IMG/VR virus record: IMGVR_UViG_3300042934_000594
Span: 186,001 to 250,000 of that record
Length of the DNA stretch: 64,000 nt
Strand: one strand, 5' to 3'
Shown: piece by piece, positions 19,829-30,598 of the stretch
Numbering within the stretch: position 1 is the stretch's first letter
Layout: the number at the start of each line of letters is the position of its first letter
Position numbers and translations under genes: made by a program
Notes under the pieces: generated by a model
Seen by the model: the letters and a program-made list of their open reading frames with translations, nothing else
What the model was told of the DNA's origin: nothing
The model's database searches: none

Positions 19829-19906
19829 CGTGGTGCTGCCCCTGCGGGGGCAGCGCTATTACGCCCCCATCCTATAGGTTCTTTTTTTGTTTGCGTGGAG
19901 TCCGAC

Positions 19907-20935
19907 ATGGTCAAATTAGCCACCCCCGCCTTTAATGGCAACCCTACCGACAAGCTGGCCGCCGTTGATGTATACGGCGCCGTTGATCCGGCCACTAAAA
20001 ACGCCCTGACCTCACAGGTATCCTCCTTCGGTTCCAGCCTCAGTGAGACCTTAGGCGGGGTGTACAACAAGGTCGCCTCCATTGGCACTAAGCTTTTGGG
20101 GGACAAGAGTATCAACCTGGACCAAGCCAAGGACCGTATCCAACGGGCCATGGGGGGTTCACGCAATGACATCCTCGCCCTGGCCACCTCGGTGCAAGGG
20201 GGCATCGTCAGTGAGCTGACCGGTCTGGACCCCAATACCAACTACGTGCGCAAAGCCAGTGAGTTGGCCAACAGCGTGGTATTGATCACCACTCAAGGTA
20301 AACAACTGCTCAACCGTCAGGGTTATAACCAGGCCGGCGCCTTGATGAACTTCGTCGGGCAGCTGACGGGTAACCCGGTGTTTAAAGCGTTGGACCTGGG
20401 TGCAGAGACCGCCATGCTCAAGGGCGTGTTGACGGAAGTGTCCAAATGGGGCATTCCTAGCCTGGTCGATGACCTGATTCGGGAGAACACCGCACGGACA
20501 GGGTCCTCTAAGGGCTCCTACCACGCTGTGAGCCGCGCAAGCGGTACGATCGCTATGACGGCCGACATCTCGGTGATCAAGCAGCTGATCGCCTCTGTGG
20601 GCGTTACAGCCCTCACTGCCGGTACACCCAACTTCGCACAACTGTTCTTGAGTCGTTATGATTTCAAGGTGGGCACCACGGCGGACCAATACCCGGCACT
20701 GCTGGCGGAGCTGGTGGGGGTGATGAATTCCTTAAAGCCTGACTGGTTCTATGTGATCCGCAACGGTGAGCGGATCGTGAACTTGGCAGTGATCACCACG
20801 GCCAGTGAGAATGCCAAGACGCTGTTCTTGAGCAACGATGAATACGCCGGTCCCAGCATGTACGCCCCTCAGTACAAACCCAGCACGACCCTGTCGTTGA
20901 TCAAAGGCCTGTACCCCAAGATCGGCATTCTCTAG
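19907..20935 (+). CDS. Virion structural protein (phiKZ gp174-like)
   Basis: KLATPAF.G.P.DKLAAVDVY N-terminus; convergent with the protease gene as in phiKZ. Confidence 0.65.
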   Translation: MVKLATPAFNGNPTDKLAAVDVYGAVDPATKNALTSQVSSFGSSLSETLGGVYNKVASIGTKLLGDKSINLDQAKDRIQRAMGGSRNDILALATSVQGGIVSELTGLDPNTNYVRKASELANSVVLITTQGKQLLNRQGYNQAGALMNFVGQLTGNPVFKALDLGAETAMLKGVLTEVSKWGIPSLVDDLIRENTARTGSSKGSYHAVSRASGTIAMTADISVIKQLIASVGVTALTAGTPNFAQLFLSRYDFKVGTTADQYPALLAELVGVMNSLKPDWFYVIRNGERIVNLAVITTASENAKTLFLSNDEYAGPSMYAPQYKPSTTLSLIKGLYPKIGIL

Positions 20936-20976
20936 GCAACATAAAGCCCCTCCCGAAGGAGGGGCAATATGCCGTC
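20936..20976. terminator. Bidirectional hairpin
   Basis: CATA..GCCCCTCC CGAA GGAGGGGC..TATGCCG between convergent genes. Confidence 0.7.
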
Positions 20977-20977
20977 C

Positions 20978-21772
20978 TTACCAGTTACGCAAGAAGGCCG
21001 GGGCTTTCTGTACGTCACGTGCTGGGTGTTTGCTCCAACCCAGTGCGTTGATCAGGTCATTGGCATCCAGACCCCCGTGTTCCAGCCCGAGCGAACGCAT
21101 GCGCTTTTGCTCATCAGCCAGTGACCACAGCATGGTCGGAGTGATCTCGATCGCCCGATCCGTGAAATCTTCCAACGACGGCGAGTTGTACTTGTTCGCC
21201 CCCAAGATCCCACCTTCACCCACGTAGTCCCAAGTCACGATTTCACGGGTGTACTTGATGCCACGGGTGATGTCATCCATGGTCACCGAGCGCACCGAGA
21301 AGTACGTGTTCTCGTGTGGGTTTTCGAACGAGTCTTTGACCACGTGGCCGTAAGGACCACACGGACGGATCTCAGCCATCACGTAGACACACGGACGGCC
21401 CTTTTCATCGCGCTGGTTTTCCAACAGGTAGACCCGGCGGATGTGCGCACAGCGACGGTCGTCGTCGATCTTGCGAATCCGTGCCAGGTACTGCTGGTCG
21501 TTCATGGGCTTGCCATCAGGCATGAACGGTTCAGGGTGCTTGTACTCAGCGTAGACCACGCCTTTAAGCATCCGGCGTACCAACACGCTGTTTTCCTTGA
21601 ACATGCTCAGACCTGACGCCAAGTCGTAGTGCATACCCATGGAGTTGTCGGTGCCGTAGGCCCCGACGATCTGCGTGTAGTAGCCATCTTTGTCCGGTGT
21701 CAGGATACCCTGCTTACCGGTGCCTTTGAGCATCGAACAACTGATGCTCGTGCGGTTGGTTTGTGGGAGCAT
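20978..21772 (-). CDS. Prohead (head maturation) protease, phiKZ gp175-like
   Basis: EYKHPEP (His), YFSVRS (Ser) and TWDYV (Asp) motifs of T4 gp21/phiKZ gp175 type; C-terminal SLE/GLE autocleavage sites. Confidence 0.85.
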   Translation of the reverse strand: MLPQTNRTSISCSMLKGTGKQGILTPDKDGYYTQIVGAYGTDNSMGMHYDLASGLSMFKENSVLVRRMLKGVVYAEYKHPEPFMPDGKPMNDQQYLARIRKIDDDRRCAHIRRVYLLENQRDEKGRPCVYVMAEIRPCGPYGHVVKDSFENPHENTYFSVRSVTMDDITRGIKYTREIVTWDYVGEGGILGANKYNSPSLEDFTDRAIEITPTMLWSLADEQKRMRSLGLEHGGLDANDLINALGWSKHPARDVQKAPAFLRNW

Positions 21773-21782
21773 GCTCCACCTC

Positions 21783-22502
21783 TTAAGTCCGTAGAAGTTC
21801 TTCGATCCGCTCCACCCGCTCACTGGGGTTCACAAGGGCGGAGGTAATGCTGTCGCTGAAGTACGAACCGATCAACTTACTGGTGGTGTCAGAGGTGTTC
21901 CAAATCACACTTCGGAAAGGCACCACGGCCGGGGGCCGTTCATCGACGTCACTGTAATCTTGCAGCACGTGCTTGTATAACTGCGTGAAGTCGTCAGCGT
22001 TACGACCCATCGTGGAAATGATCAACTCCGGCACGGCTCGGTTGCCCAAGTTAATGCCGGCGTACTCTTCAGCGGTTTCAAACAACTTAAGCATGTCGAA
22101 GTAGTTAAACGACCACGGCATGTTACCCTTGGCGACGTGCTCATCGTAGATGTAGTACGTCAAGGTGTCATTCTTAACCAGATCGATCCCGTAGAACACC
22201 CGGTCACCCGGGAAGAAGCTGAACTCGATGTAGGCCGTATTGCGGATGGTGACACGTTCGGTAGAGCTTGGGGTGATGCGGATCATCGCCGCCGTTTCAG
22301 ACACGGTGTAGAACTGGTCATTGACGATCAAGGAGAAGAACGCGAGGATGTACACCTCGGTGCCAATGCTCGCCAAGTGACGGGTGGTGTAGCGTTCAGG
22401 GATCTGAATGCGTACGTGAGCATCTGTGACGATGCTCCCGTCGTCCTGCTCAAACAGGTGTTTGTGTACGGCGGCCGGATCACGCTTGAGCTGACCGGCC
22501 AT
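21783..22502 (-). CDS. phiKZ gp176-like virion protein (RNAP-associated, beta'-C-terminal-like)
   Basis: ELIISTMGR...SDTTSKLIGSYFSDSITSALVNPSERVERIEELLR C-terminus; synteny. Confidence 0.65.
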   Translation of the reverse strand: MAGQLKRDPAAVHKHLFEQDDGSIVTDAHVRIQIPERYTTRHLASIGTEVYILAFFSLIVNDQFYTVSETAAMIRITPSSTERVTIRNTAYIEFSFFPGDRVFYGIDLVKNDTLTYYIYDEHVAKGNMPWSFNYFDMLKLFETAEEYAGINLGNRAVPELIISTMGRNADDFTQLYKHVLQDYSDVDERPPAVVPFRSVIWNTSDTTSKLIGSYFSDSITSALVNPSERVERIEELLRT

Positions 22503-22514
22503 CGTTACCTCCGC

Positions 22515-24305
22515 TTACTTACCGATGCGCGACCGCAGGATTTTCATCTTGATGTCATCGCCCTTGTCTTCTTCGCTGGGCACTTCAACCGGTTCAGCCG
22601 CTTGCGCCACTTCCCCGTCCGCAGGTGCACCCAGACCGCTTTCAACGTTGTCCAGTGCTTGCACAGCGTCAGCGTTTTCCACGGTCACTTCCGTTTGCTC
22701 GCTGCCGGCTTCTGCTTCACCCGTCTCGGCTGCCTGAGCGGCGGCCAAGGCGGCGGTGTCTTCCAGCTCTTGCGTCTCATTGGAGATGACGCCTTCGCCT
22801 TCCACCGGAACCGACTGCGATTGACCGTTGTCGACCGCATTGCCCAGTGCTGGGTTGATGAACGGTACGAACGGCACGGCCTGGATTTGTGCAGCCAACC
22901 AATCGCCCCCAATGGCCACCAGCGCCACAGCGGCCAGCGCCCGGTTGTCGTCGCCCCCGTGGATCTTGCTGGCCTTGTCCATTTCCATCAAGAACTCTTG
23001 ATAGATCGGGTTAGGGAAGTACGCCTCACATACCAGCTTGGTGACCACGGCGTAGATGTTGTCGAACATCGCATCCGGACACTGTTGCAGGCTGTTACGC
23101 AGACTTTGCATCAGCTCGTTGATCTGAATCTGTGGCAGGATACTCGCCACGTCCTTATTAGGGGACGACATGACGTTGAGCAGTGTCTTGCGACGATTGC
23201 GCACAGCGTCATCGGCTTGGGCCTGGCAGATCAGCGGGTAGACCTGCAACCACTTCTTGAGGAACACATCGGCGTGTTGCGCGAAGTCTTCCACACGGGT
23301 CACGGACGGATTGAGGATCGCCCCGCCCAGCAGCACTTGCACATCGTTGCCTTGCTCGATCCAGGCACCGTACAGATCGCCGTTAGCAACGACCTCTACC
23401 GTACGACGACCAATGGGGTCGTTACCGTCAGACCGCAGCACCAGCACGTTGCGTTGCAGCTGAGCCACACGGCGGCCGTAGGCACCGAGCAGGGCAGCAC
23501 CGAACAGCTCGTGCAGGTGCATCATGGCGTTGGCCCATTCTTCCAACTCCACCGATTCACCGGTGACGTCCGCTGGGTTCTGCGCCATGTGACCGACCAA
23601 GCAGTAGGCCAACAGCAACTCGTCCACCGAGAACGGCAGACGGTGGCGTTGCAGCATGCTCAGCGACAGGGCGTCCAATGCACGCACACTGAACAACTGT
23701 TGCCAGACCGAGGCGATGGTCTCAGCACCGACTTTCAGTAGCCACTCGGTGACCTGAGGCGGGTCCAGGTGTGGGTTGTTGTTGGCCACCATCTCGATGA
23801 CCTGCTCAGCCGAAGCCTGCGGCAGGATGAACGAGCGGTAGGACGGGCGCTGTTGCACGGTGGTGTAACGGCTTTGCAGGTGGTTCACCAGACGCGGTTC
23901 GTCATGCACCGGGTCGTAGTTGAACACGCTGATTTCGATCTTCGGCTTGACCACATCACGCTGACGTTCATCGAACGCTGCGCAGTAGGCCAACACCGCA
24001 GGACGAATGACGTTGCGCGAGTTGTGCAGGATCGCATTCAACCCGTTGGCCATCAGACCGGAAAGACGGTCCACGACATCGCCGTCTTCAGGCGTTGGTT
24101 CAGCGTTGGCTTCTTCGAAGTCTTCCTGGGCCACCTGCATGACTTGCTCAGTCAGAGGGCGTTGATCGCCCTCCACTGGGTTGGCGTACAGGCCCGCCAT
24201 GGTGGCGAGTGGGAAGGACGGTTCTTTAACCGCCAGCACCATGCCAGACTCAGTCAGGGTTTGAGCCAGAGGAGCCACAGCGGCCAGGGTAGTTTGTTGG
24301 TACAT
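22515..24305 (-). CDS. Virion protein, phiKZ gp177-like
   Basis: ATG at 24305 with AAGGAG RBS; acidic C-terminal tail with an ISNE site; synteny. Confidence 0.65.
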   Translation of the reverse strand: MYQQTTLAAVAPLAQTLTESGMVLAVKEPSFPLATMAGLYANPVEGDQRPLTEQVMQVAQEDFEEANAEPTPEDGDVVDRLSGLMANGLNAILHNSRNVIRPAVLAYCAAFDERQRDVVKPKIEISVFNYDPVHDEPRLVNHLQSRYTTVQQRPSYRSFILPQASAEQVIEMVANNNPHLDPPQVTEWLLKVGAETIASVWQQLFSVRALDALSLSMLQRHRLPFSVDELLLAYCLVGHMAQNPADVTGESVELEEWANAMMHLHELFGAALLGAYGRRVAQLQRNVLVLRSDGNDPIGRRTVEVVANGDLYGAWIEQGNDVQVLLGGAILNPSVTRVEDFAQHADVFLKKWLQVYPLICQAQADDAVRNRRKTLLNVMSSPNKDVASILPQIQINELMQSLRNSLQQCPDAMFDNIYAVVTKLVCEAYFPNPIYQEFLMEMDKASKIHGGDDNRALAAVALVAIGGDWLAAQIQAVPFVPFINPALGNAVDNGQSQSVPVEGEGVISNETQELEDTAALAAAQAAETGEAEAGSEQTEVTVENADAVQALDNVESGLGAPADGEVAQAAEPVEVPSEEDKGDDIKMKILRSRIGK

Positions 24306-24315
24306 GAGTGGCTCC

Positions 24316-24519
24316 TTAGACGCCGAGTTTCTTGGCCACACGCGCCAGCAGCGCAGTCTGGATGTCTTGTGTGGTCAACAGCTGACCACCGACTTCGTTC
24401 GAAGCCCCGTCACCACCCAGGCATTGCTGGATGGCAGCGGCGCCCAGTTCCGCTGCGGCGGTCAGGACCTGAAGGGTCTGCGCGTGAGCGGCGTTAGGGC
24501 TAAGACTTTGCTTTTGCAT
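24316..24519 (-). CDS. Small protein overlapping the RNAP beta 3' end
   Basis: GAGGAA RBS 7 nt before ATG 24519; fills the gap between the gp178-like and gp177-like genes. Confidence 0.6.
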   Translation of the reverse strand: MQKQSLSPNAAHAQTLQVLTAAAELGAAAIQQCLGGDGASNEVGGQLLTTQDIQTALLARVAKKLGV

Positions 24520-27500
24520 TTGCGGTTCCTCGGTAAACAGCTGGGACATGTTGAGACAGGAGCCACAACAGGATGTTGGTGGTGCCTGACAATTTAGGTG
24601 CGTTGACCATTCGAGCCTCGACCGACGTGTTGCCGAACTTGGCGTCTAGCGCAATACCCGACTCAGTGGCGTTGGTTCCCGAGAACACCCGGGAGATCAC
24701 CGTCTTCATCTGGTTGCCCATTACGGCTTTGTCGCCGACGCCCATGGCGACGTCGTGGTCAATGTAGATGCGAATGGCCACGGTGTCTGGATCCAAGGCC
24801 TTACCGCTGACGCGGAAGCTGGTGTCCACTTCACCGGTGAATGCCGGTTTGCCTTGAGCACGGGAGCTGGTCTTGCGTTCCTTGTCCGATTGCGCTGCAA
24901 TCGCTTGCAGGTTTTCAGACATGTCCTCAAAATCGCCGTGGTAGAACACTTCGATCTTGGCCACATCCCCAACGACTTTTGCCCGTGGGGTGGACTGGGA
25001 CAGGCGGCGCAAGGTGTCCAATGCCGCGCCCCCAAAGAGCACGTTATTGGCCGTCTCAGGGTCTTCAATCGTACATAGAATTGTTTCCAAGTCTACGTGA
25101 TCGCCAACCTGCACCAAGCCATGCACCGTTTGGTCAAACCGAACCTGGATGGTTTTGACTTCGGTGGTCTGGGTATTGAGCTTCTTCGCCATGCTTTCAG
25201 AGATGGCCGAACCGTCTTCAAATGTTTCGATATCGTCGATCATGGCCACAAAGCCCATGACCCCAGCCTTGACGATCACCTTCCCTGGACTCATGCGATC
25301 GGGGGTGAAGAACTTGCGGTTGTAGGCCAGTGTGTCCCCATGACGAATACGGTCACCGGCTTTAAGGTCGGTGATGACATCGTGTGGGTACGTGGTCCCT
25401 GCTGCATTCCCGTGAACCTTACCCAAGGCCACCCGCGTTTCAGACCCGTCGGCATAGCGCACGGTGACCGCGTGCTTGTTGACCGAGATCACCTCACCGT
25501 CTTGCTCTGCGCACGTCGCAAAGGTGGCGGTGGTGCGTTGGGCGATAATCTGCTCATACCCGGTGCGCAGTGGGGTGGCGGTATAGCCGTCTGCTGAGAC
25601 GCCCTGAGCCTGCTGGATCGCAATGAAGTTGATACGCTTCATGTCGTCGTGGTCAGCACACGGGGCGTTCAAGGCCGAGGCGGAGAACAGTTTGGCAGCA
25701 CCGTCACGCTCTTTGTCAAACGGACGGGTGAAACCGCGCATGTTCTTCAAGTTCGCATCAGGCGCTGCGTAGGCAATCACCCCCACGTCACCCGAGTCCA
25801 CGGTGGATTCAGACACCACCCCCTTATCGGATTCGTGGAAGATACGCGTGCGCTCCACCATCGACTGCCCACCCCGACCGCCATCACCCCGGAACGTCAT
25901 GCGTTCCTGTTCACGCAGGTTCTGGAACGGGTTGGACTCCTCGGTCATACCGGCCGATGGATCCTGCACGATCTTCATCCACACCGCGTGCGGGTTGAGC
26001 TCAACGGCATGGTCCCCGGATGCCGAACGGTTGTTAAAGCTTTTCACCGAACGGGAGAGTTCACCGTAGACCATCCCCGCAAAACGCTCGTAACCCCGGT
26101 AGCGCATGAACGCACCGTCCACTTCCTCAGGACTGTAGTCGGTCATCAACAACTCAACCGCACGCAACACCAGAGGACCGAACTCGGTCGGCTCACCCAT
26201 CTCTTCGAGCATGCCGCGGGTGATCGGGTCCATCCACGCTTTAAACAGCGCGTCGATCTCACGCAAATAACGCACGCCTAGGTCGTTGTCTTCCAAGATA
26301 CGGAAGTAGACGTCCTTGCGGTCAAAGTCCCACACCGAGTACTGCTTCAAGGTGCGGTGATAACGGTTCAAGCCGTTGAGCACCAGCGTGGCCCGGTAGT
26401 CCAACTTGGAGAACACCAACACCTCATCCTGGAAGGTCAGTGCATAGTCATCGGCCCCCATCTGGATGCGCTCGCCACGGCGATGGCGCGAGACTTCACA
26501 ACCCAGTCGACGGATCAACTCCGTCAGGCCTGAGGCGTAACCCAAGACCAGACCGACTGGCAACACCTTGTTGGCCACGGTCATCTCAGCCGCTTCCACC
26601 GGTGCCCCGTTGGTGTCAATCCCCAAGATATCGGGCAACGTGCCCAATACTTCCAACCCTTCGTCGGTGTGCAGGTACAGCGCGTTGTTGGTGTCCATCA
26701 GCACCAGTTGCTTACCGTTGTGCGCGATCGCTACTTGGGTGGGTGTTTCGATGGTGTGCACGTCCAACTTCAGGGCCGTGTCAAAGAACTCCGCCCGGCG
26801 CTTGTGGTCCAGGAAGAACACGTACTCACCGGCTTGGAAGGACACGAAGCGCTTGGCCAGCAACGTATAGAAGCGGGGCAATTGCAACGACATGTCAAAC
26901 ACACTGGAGAACCGCACGTCACTGATCGTGGCGTCCTGAGGGTCCAGACCCCGACGGGTGATGTTCTTGCTGATGAAGTTGTCAAAGTCGTTAACCGCAC
27001 GACCCGAACGGTCCACGAAGGTTTTGTTGTAGTAAGAGGTCAAGGCGACTCGCGTCGGGTTGATCTTACGGATGGGTTGGTCAGCGCGCTGAAGGCCGTA
27101 CTTGTAGGTCACCCCGTTAGAGACAAAGCGTCCATCGTCATCGAGCACCGGTAGGCGAAAGCGCAGGGTCGATTGACGCCCGCGCAATGGCTTGACCGTT
27201 ACCGTGTGGATCTGGTAATGGTTCATCGCATCGCGAACGGTTTCGATCTGATAGTCCTTGACGGCTACCCCTTGCTGCTGGATCGCTGCCAAGGTGACGT
27301 TGAGCACGTCCTTGGCCATCAGTTTACGGATGTACTTGGTCTGGATGGCCTTAAGGTTCGACGAGAGCATGGACTTGTCGAAGATCGTGTCGGCATCGGG
27401 GAACTTGACTTCTTCAGGCAGCGTCAGGTCACCGTCCTGGTACGTCATGGCCTCTTCAAGCGTGCCCCCCGTCCCGTACGGGTTGGGCAGGGTCTTGTAC

Positions 27501-28894
27501 GTCTCAGCGTCGTCAATGGCACGCTGATAAGCTCGAGGGGTGATCAATTGCAGTTCCGAGAGTTCCCAGGCCTTTTCGATCACACCGCCTGTGAGCAGGT
27601 CGCTGGTCGTGGGCTTTTGCATGTCCACTTCTTCATCGAGCCCCGCCTGACTCAGCTCCTCGGTGGGCAGCACGCGGTGTTCTTCCTCCTCATCGTCTTC
27701 AACGAGTGAGGTGTCCATGACAAACTCGTCCTGGGTAGTCGGTGGTGCCATGGTGTCGCCAAAGTCAACCCCCAGACCAAAGTCCAGTTCGTCGTCCTCG
27801 GTGAGCTCCTCGTCCTTGGCCGAGTCTTCCTTCTCGTCCTCCGCCGGTTCGGCTGCCACCGGTGGGGCCACAGGCTTCTTGTCGTCCTTGCCCAGTGCCT
27901 TTTCAATCTGACCGGCATTGGGCTTGAGTTCAATGGCGCCTTCGGCGTCAGCGGTTTTACCGTCCAGTTGAACAGAACCGTTGATCAGGTCAGCCAGACT
28001 GTGCAGGAGGACCACAAAGCGACGTTGCAGCTGATCCCCAGCGACGCCCTGGGCTCGGTCGCTAATCGCCTGCTTGTGGGCTCGTAGCTCCTTAGGGGTC
28101 ATCTTGCTGGTGTCGGTGGTGTCTTCAGTCAGGTCTTTACGCCAATCGTTGATCTGGCCCAGGTTCCAGACGAAGAAATAGCTGCGTGCTTTGAACACGA
28201 AGTTGATCTTGTCCAGCGCCTCTTCGGGCACAGTGGCCAACAACGAGTCAGCCCGGTTGTTACCCAACCACTGATACAGGTCAAACGCACTGAGCATGGC
28301 CGGGGTGCTGAACACCTCCATGTTCTTTTGCGTGGCGCCTGCCTGCATCTGCACGAACTGCCCCAGGGTCGGCAGGCGTTCTGGCATGTGGAAGTTGATG
28401 TACTGGTTCCAGCCGAACCGCTCGTGGGTTTTAACCACGTTGTCCCAGAAGGTCTTTTGATTATTGAACCAACGGAAGTACGTCGCCTTGTACGACGGGA
28501 TGTACCGGTACAGCGAGTTGAGCAGGTTGTAGTTGACCACCAGCGTGTTCTGCTGGTTGAGCACCAGGGCGTCGTCTTTACGCAGGGGCTTGAACAACCG
28601 GTTCTTACGACGGAACTCGTTCTCCAGGATATCGGGGTTGAGGACCGTGCGCTTTGGGGCGCCTTCCGTGGAGTCCAGGCGGCTGACGTGCTCGATGAAC
28701 ACCTTACCCTTGATTGCCGTCAGGTACGGGTCCTGTGGACTTGGACCCAGGATGGCCTGACCGTCTTCGAAGAACTGGTACACCGAACCCATCGGCAAAT
28801 ACAAGTGCTTGATCGGAATCATGCGCGGGGCCAGTAACTGACTGACCTGGCGCACACCGACCAACCTGTAGTAGGGGGCTTGTTTTAAACGCAT
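24500..28894 (-). CDS. Virion RNA polymerase beta subunit, N-terminal/main part (phiKZ gp178-like)
   Basis: 1464 aa; ESTVDSGDVG, DHDDMKR...IQQAQ, TFEDGSAISE and GDKAVMGNQMKTVIS RpoB motifs. Confidence 0.92.
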   Translation of the reverse strand: MRLKQAPYYRLVGVRQVSQLLAPRMIPIKHLYLPMGSVYQFFEDGQAILGPSPQDPYLTAIKGKVFIEHVSRLDSTEGAPKRTVLNPDILENEFRRKNRLFKPLRKDDALVLNQQNTLVVNYNLLNSLYRYIPSYKATYFRWFNNQKTFWDNVVKTHERFGWNQYINFHMPERLPTLGQFVQMQAGATQKNMEVFSTPAMLSAFDLYQWLGNNRADSLLATVPEEALDKINFVFKARSYFFVWNLGQINDWRKDLTEDTTDTSKMTPKELRAHKQAISDRAQGVAGDQLQRRFVVLLHSLADLINGSVQLDGKTADAEGAIELKPNAGQIEKALGKDDKKPVAPPVAAEPAEDEKEDSAKDEELTEDDELDFGLGVDFGDTMAPPTTQDEFVMDTSLVEDDEEEEHRVLPTEELSQAGLDEEVDMQKPTTSDLLTGGVIEKAWELSELQLITPRAYQRAIDDAETYKTLPNPYGTGGTLEEAMTYQDGDLTLPEEVKFPDADTIFDKSMLSSNLKAIQTKYIRKLMAKDVLNVTLAAIQQQGVAVKDYQIETVRDAMNHYQIHTVTVKPLRGRQSTLRFRLPVLDDDGRFVSNGVTYKYGLQRADQPIRKINPTRVALTSYYNKTFVDRSGRAVNDFDNFISKNITRRGLDPQDATISDVRFSSVFDMSLQLPRFYTLLAKRFVSFQAGEYVFFLDHKRRAEFFDTALKLDVHTIETPTQVAIAHNGKQLVLMDTNNALYLHTDEGLEVLGTLPDILGIDTNGAPVEAAEMTVANKVLPVGLVLGYASGLTELIRRLGCEVSRHRRGERIQMGADDYALTFQDEVLVFSKLDYRATLVLNGLNRYHRTLKQYSVWDFDRKDVYFRILEDNDLGVRYLREIDALFKAWMDPITRGMLEEMGEPTEFGPLVLRAVELLMTDYSPEEVDGAFMRYRGYERFAGMVYGELSRSVKSFNNRSASGDHAVELNPHAVWMKIVQDPSAGMTEESNPFQNLREQERMTFRGDGGRGGQSMVERTRIFHESDKGVVSESTVDSGDVGVIAYAAPDANLKNMRGFTRPFDKERDGAAKLFSASALNAPCADHDDMKRINFIAIQQAQGVSADGYTATPLRTGYEQIIAQRTTATFATCAEQDGEVISVNKHAVTVRYADGSETRVALGKVHGNAAGTTYPHDVITDLKAGDRIRHGDTLAYNRKFFTPDRMSPGKVIVKAGVMGFVAMIDDIETFEDGSAISESMAKKLNTQTTEVKTIQVRFDQTVHGLVQVGDHVDLETILCTIEDPETANNVLFGGAALDTLRRLSQSTPRAKVVGDVAKIEVFYHGDFEDMSENLQAIAAQSDKERKTSSRAQGKPAFTGEVDTSFRVSGKALDPDTVAIRIYIDHDVAMGVGDKAVMGNQMKTVISRVFSGTNATESGIALDAKFGNTSVEARMVNAPKLSGTTNILLWLLSQHVPAVYRGTANAKAKS

Positions 28895-28896
28895 GG

Positions 28897-30555
28897 TTAA
28901 CTTTCCTTGAATCCGGTCATGTAGCGCAGGGTCAAGTCAAGCGGTTGGATTGCCACACTGAAGGACAGTCCACCGGCAGCCTGGATATACGCAGCGCGGG
29001 TTGTGAAGTGGTGATCGGTTTCAGCGATCGCCTCTTTGGAGTACAGCGAGTTGACCGACACGGTGTCTCCGTCAAAGTCCGCACCCAAAGGCGCCAGACG
29101 GGCGGGGGAGATACTGGTGGAGTCATGGTACTGCATGACCTGACCTTGGGCCAACGTGGGGTACTCGTAGGCTTCAGGCAGGTCAGCGTCGACCTCCCAG
29201 TTTGACCCCAATTGCTTGAGGTGCAAGCCTGCCACGGTGGTCTTGACGTATTGCTTGGAGGGGATCGAGGAGTTGTAGTTCTCCACAGGGTAGCGGGTGA
29301 CGAACGCTGAGTTATCCGACCACATCGGCAGGCCGACAATGTAGATCAACTCCACGTAGGTCAATGGGCGCACCAAGTTGCGATCAAAGTCTGGTGGGAA
29401 GTCTTCCATGTCACGAAACACCCGGAAGGCATCGGCACTGACATACACCAGACCCAGGTAGTGTCCGGCGATCTCAATCGGCCGCCCCCGTTTTTCCAGC
29501 ACGGAGAGTTCGTTAACGACCTTCTCCATGCCTTCCTCAGTACCCCACCGGTCCATGTCCTGGTTGGAGATCTCCACCCATTCAAGCTTCAGGGTTTCCT
29601 TGTTGATCAATTCCACCCGGTTGGCGGTGGTGTCAAACACCTGACCGATGGGGTGGGTGCGCAGGTGATAGATGGTCTTGGGCAAGACCGACTTGGCAGC
29701 CTGGTACACCCCGATCACCGTGTCGTTGAACTTGGGCCGGTTAGGGGCATCCAGGTCCGCGGTGGTGGTGTCGAGTGAGGAGATCACGTTACGGGTACCG
29801 TTGAAGATCCGGCGACCCGCCCAGCGGTCTTGAATAAAACCGCGCTTGCCAGAGATCAGGTTCTCGATGTAATCGTACAGCCCTGCGAACTGAAGCATTA
29901 AGTTGTAGCGAGTCCGGTCGTACGTTGACAGGTCGTCGCGTGGGTTGATGCGCTCTGGGAAGTTACGCACCAACATCAACACCCGTTGGTAAAACTCGTT
30001 GATCTCAGGCAGCGACGGGCGGCCATCGGATTCCACCTCGGCATCCCGCAGACCCGCCGGCATCACCAACAGGGTGGACAGTTCAGCGTTGTCACGGTAT
30101 TGCTCGATCAACTGCAAGCGCACGGTGCGCACCGAGGACTCGGTCTTGCCGAAACGGATCTGCTTCCAGTGTTTGACAAAGAAGTCAAACCCAGTTTTGC
30201 CATCCAGTTCGTTGGCGGGGGTGAAGTCTCCCTTCTCCTCGTCAAACAGTGCGTACGAGGTGCCCTGCATGATCTCGCCGTAAAGGCCCCGCAGTTTGAG
30301 CAGGGTACGAAAGATCACCGGATGGAACACGGTGACTTTCAGGTCGATGTAGCCAAAGCGTTGATCACGCAAGGGGTCTCCGACGCGACCAAAGATCACG
30401 GTGGAGAACAGGCCGGCGTCGTGGAAGTTCCCGCCAGGGCCATCAAAGATGTCCAAACTGGTCACGGGCTGCAACAACTTCAGCTGGGGGGCACTGGGCA
30501 CCAACAGCGAGATGTTGAGGGGGAGTAGCGCCTTTTTCACGATTGAGACCCTCAT
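28897..30555 (-). CDS. Virion RNA polymerase beta' subunit, catalytic part (phiKZ gp180-like)
   Basis: GLFSTVIFG, FGYIDL, GKRGFIQ, TRYP and catalytic GADFDGD motifs. Confidence 0.93.
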   Translation of the reverse strand: MRVSIVKKALLPLNISLLVPSAPQLKLLQPVTSLDIFDGPGGNFHDAGLFSTVIFGRVGDPLRDQRFGYIDLKVTVFHPVIFRTLLKLRGLYGEIMQGTSYALFDEEKGDFTPANELDGKTGFDFFVKHWKQIRFGKTESSVRTVRLQLIEQYRDNAELSTLLVMPAGLRDAEVESDGRPSLPEINEFYQRVLMLVRNFPERINPRDDLSTYDRTRYNLMLQFAGLYDYIENLISGKRGFIQDRWAGRRIFNGTRNVISSLDTTTADLDAPNRPKFNDTVIGVYQAAKSVLPKTIYHLRTHPIGQVFDTTANRVELINKETLKLEWVEISNQDMDRWGTEEGMEKVVNELSVLEKRGRPIEIAGHYLGLVYVSADAFRVFRDMEDFPPDFDRNLVRPLTYVELIYIVGLPMWSDNSAFVTRYPVENYNSSIPSKQYVKTTVAGLHLKQLGSNWEVDADLPEAYEYPTLAQGQVMQYHDSTSISPARLAPLGADFDGDTVSVNSLYSKEAIAETDHHFTTRAAYIQAAGGLSFSVAIQPLDLTLRYMTGFKES

Positions 30556-30598
30556 CGCGTAGAACGATATGATTGATTAAAGATGCCGGAGCATAGCC

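Noticed and set aside
28890-28900. Possible intron or homing endonuclease between or within the RNAP genes, as in some relatives
   Set aside because: The genes abut with a 2-nt gap, the frames are uninterrupted and no intein or HNH motifs are visible.
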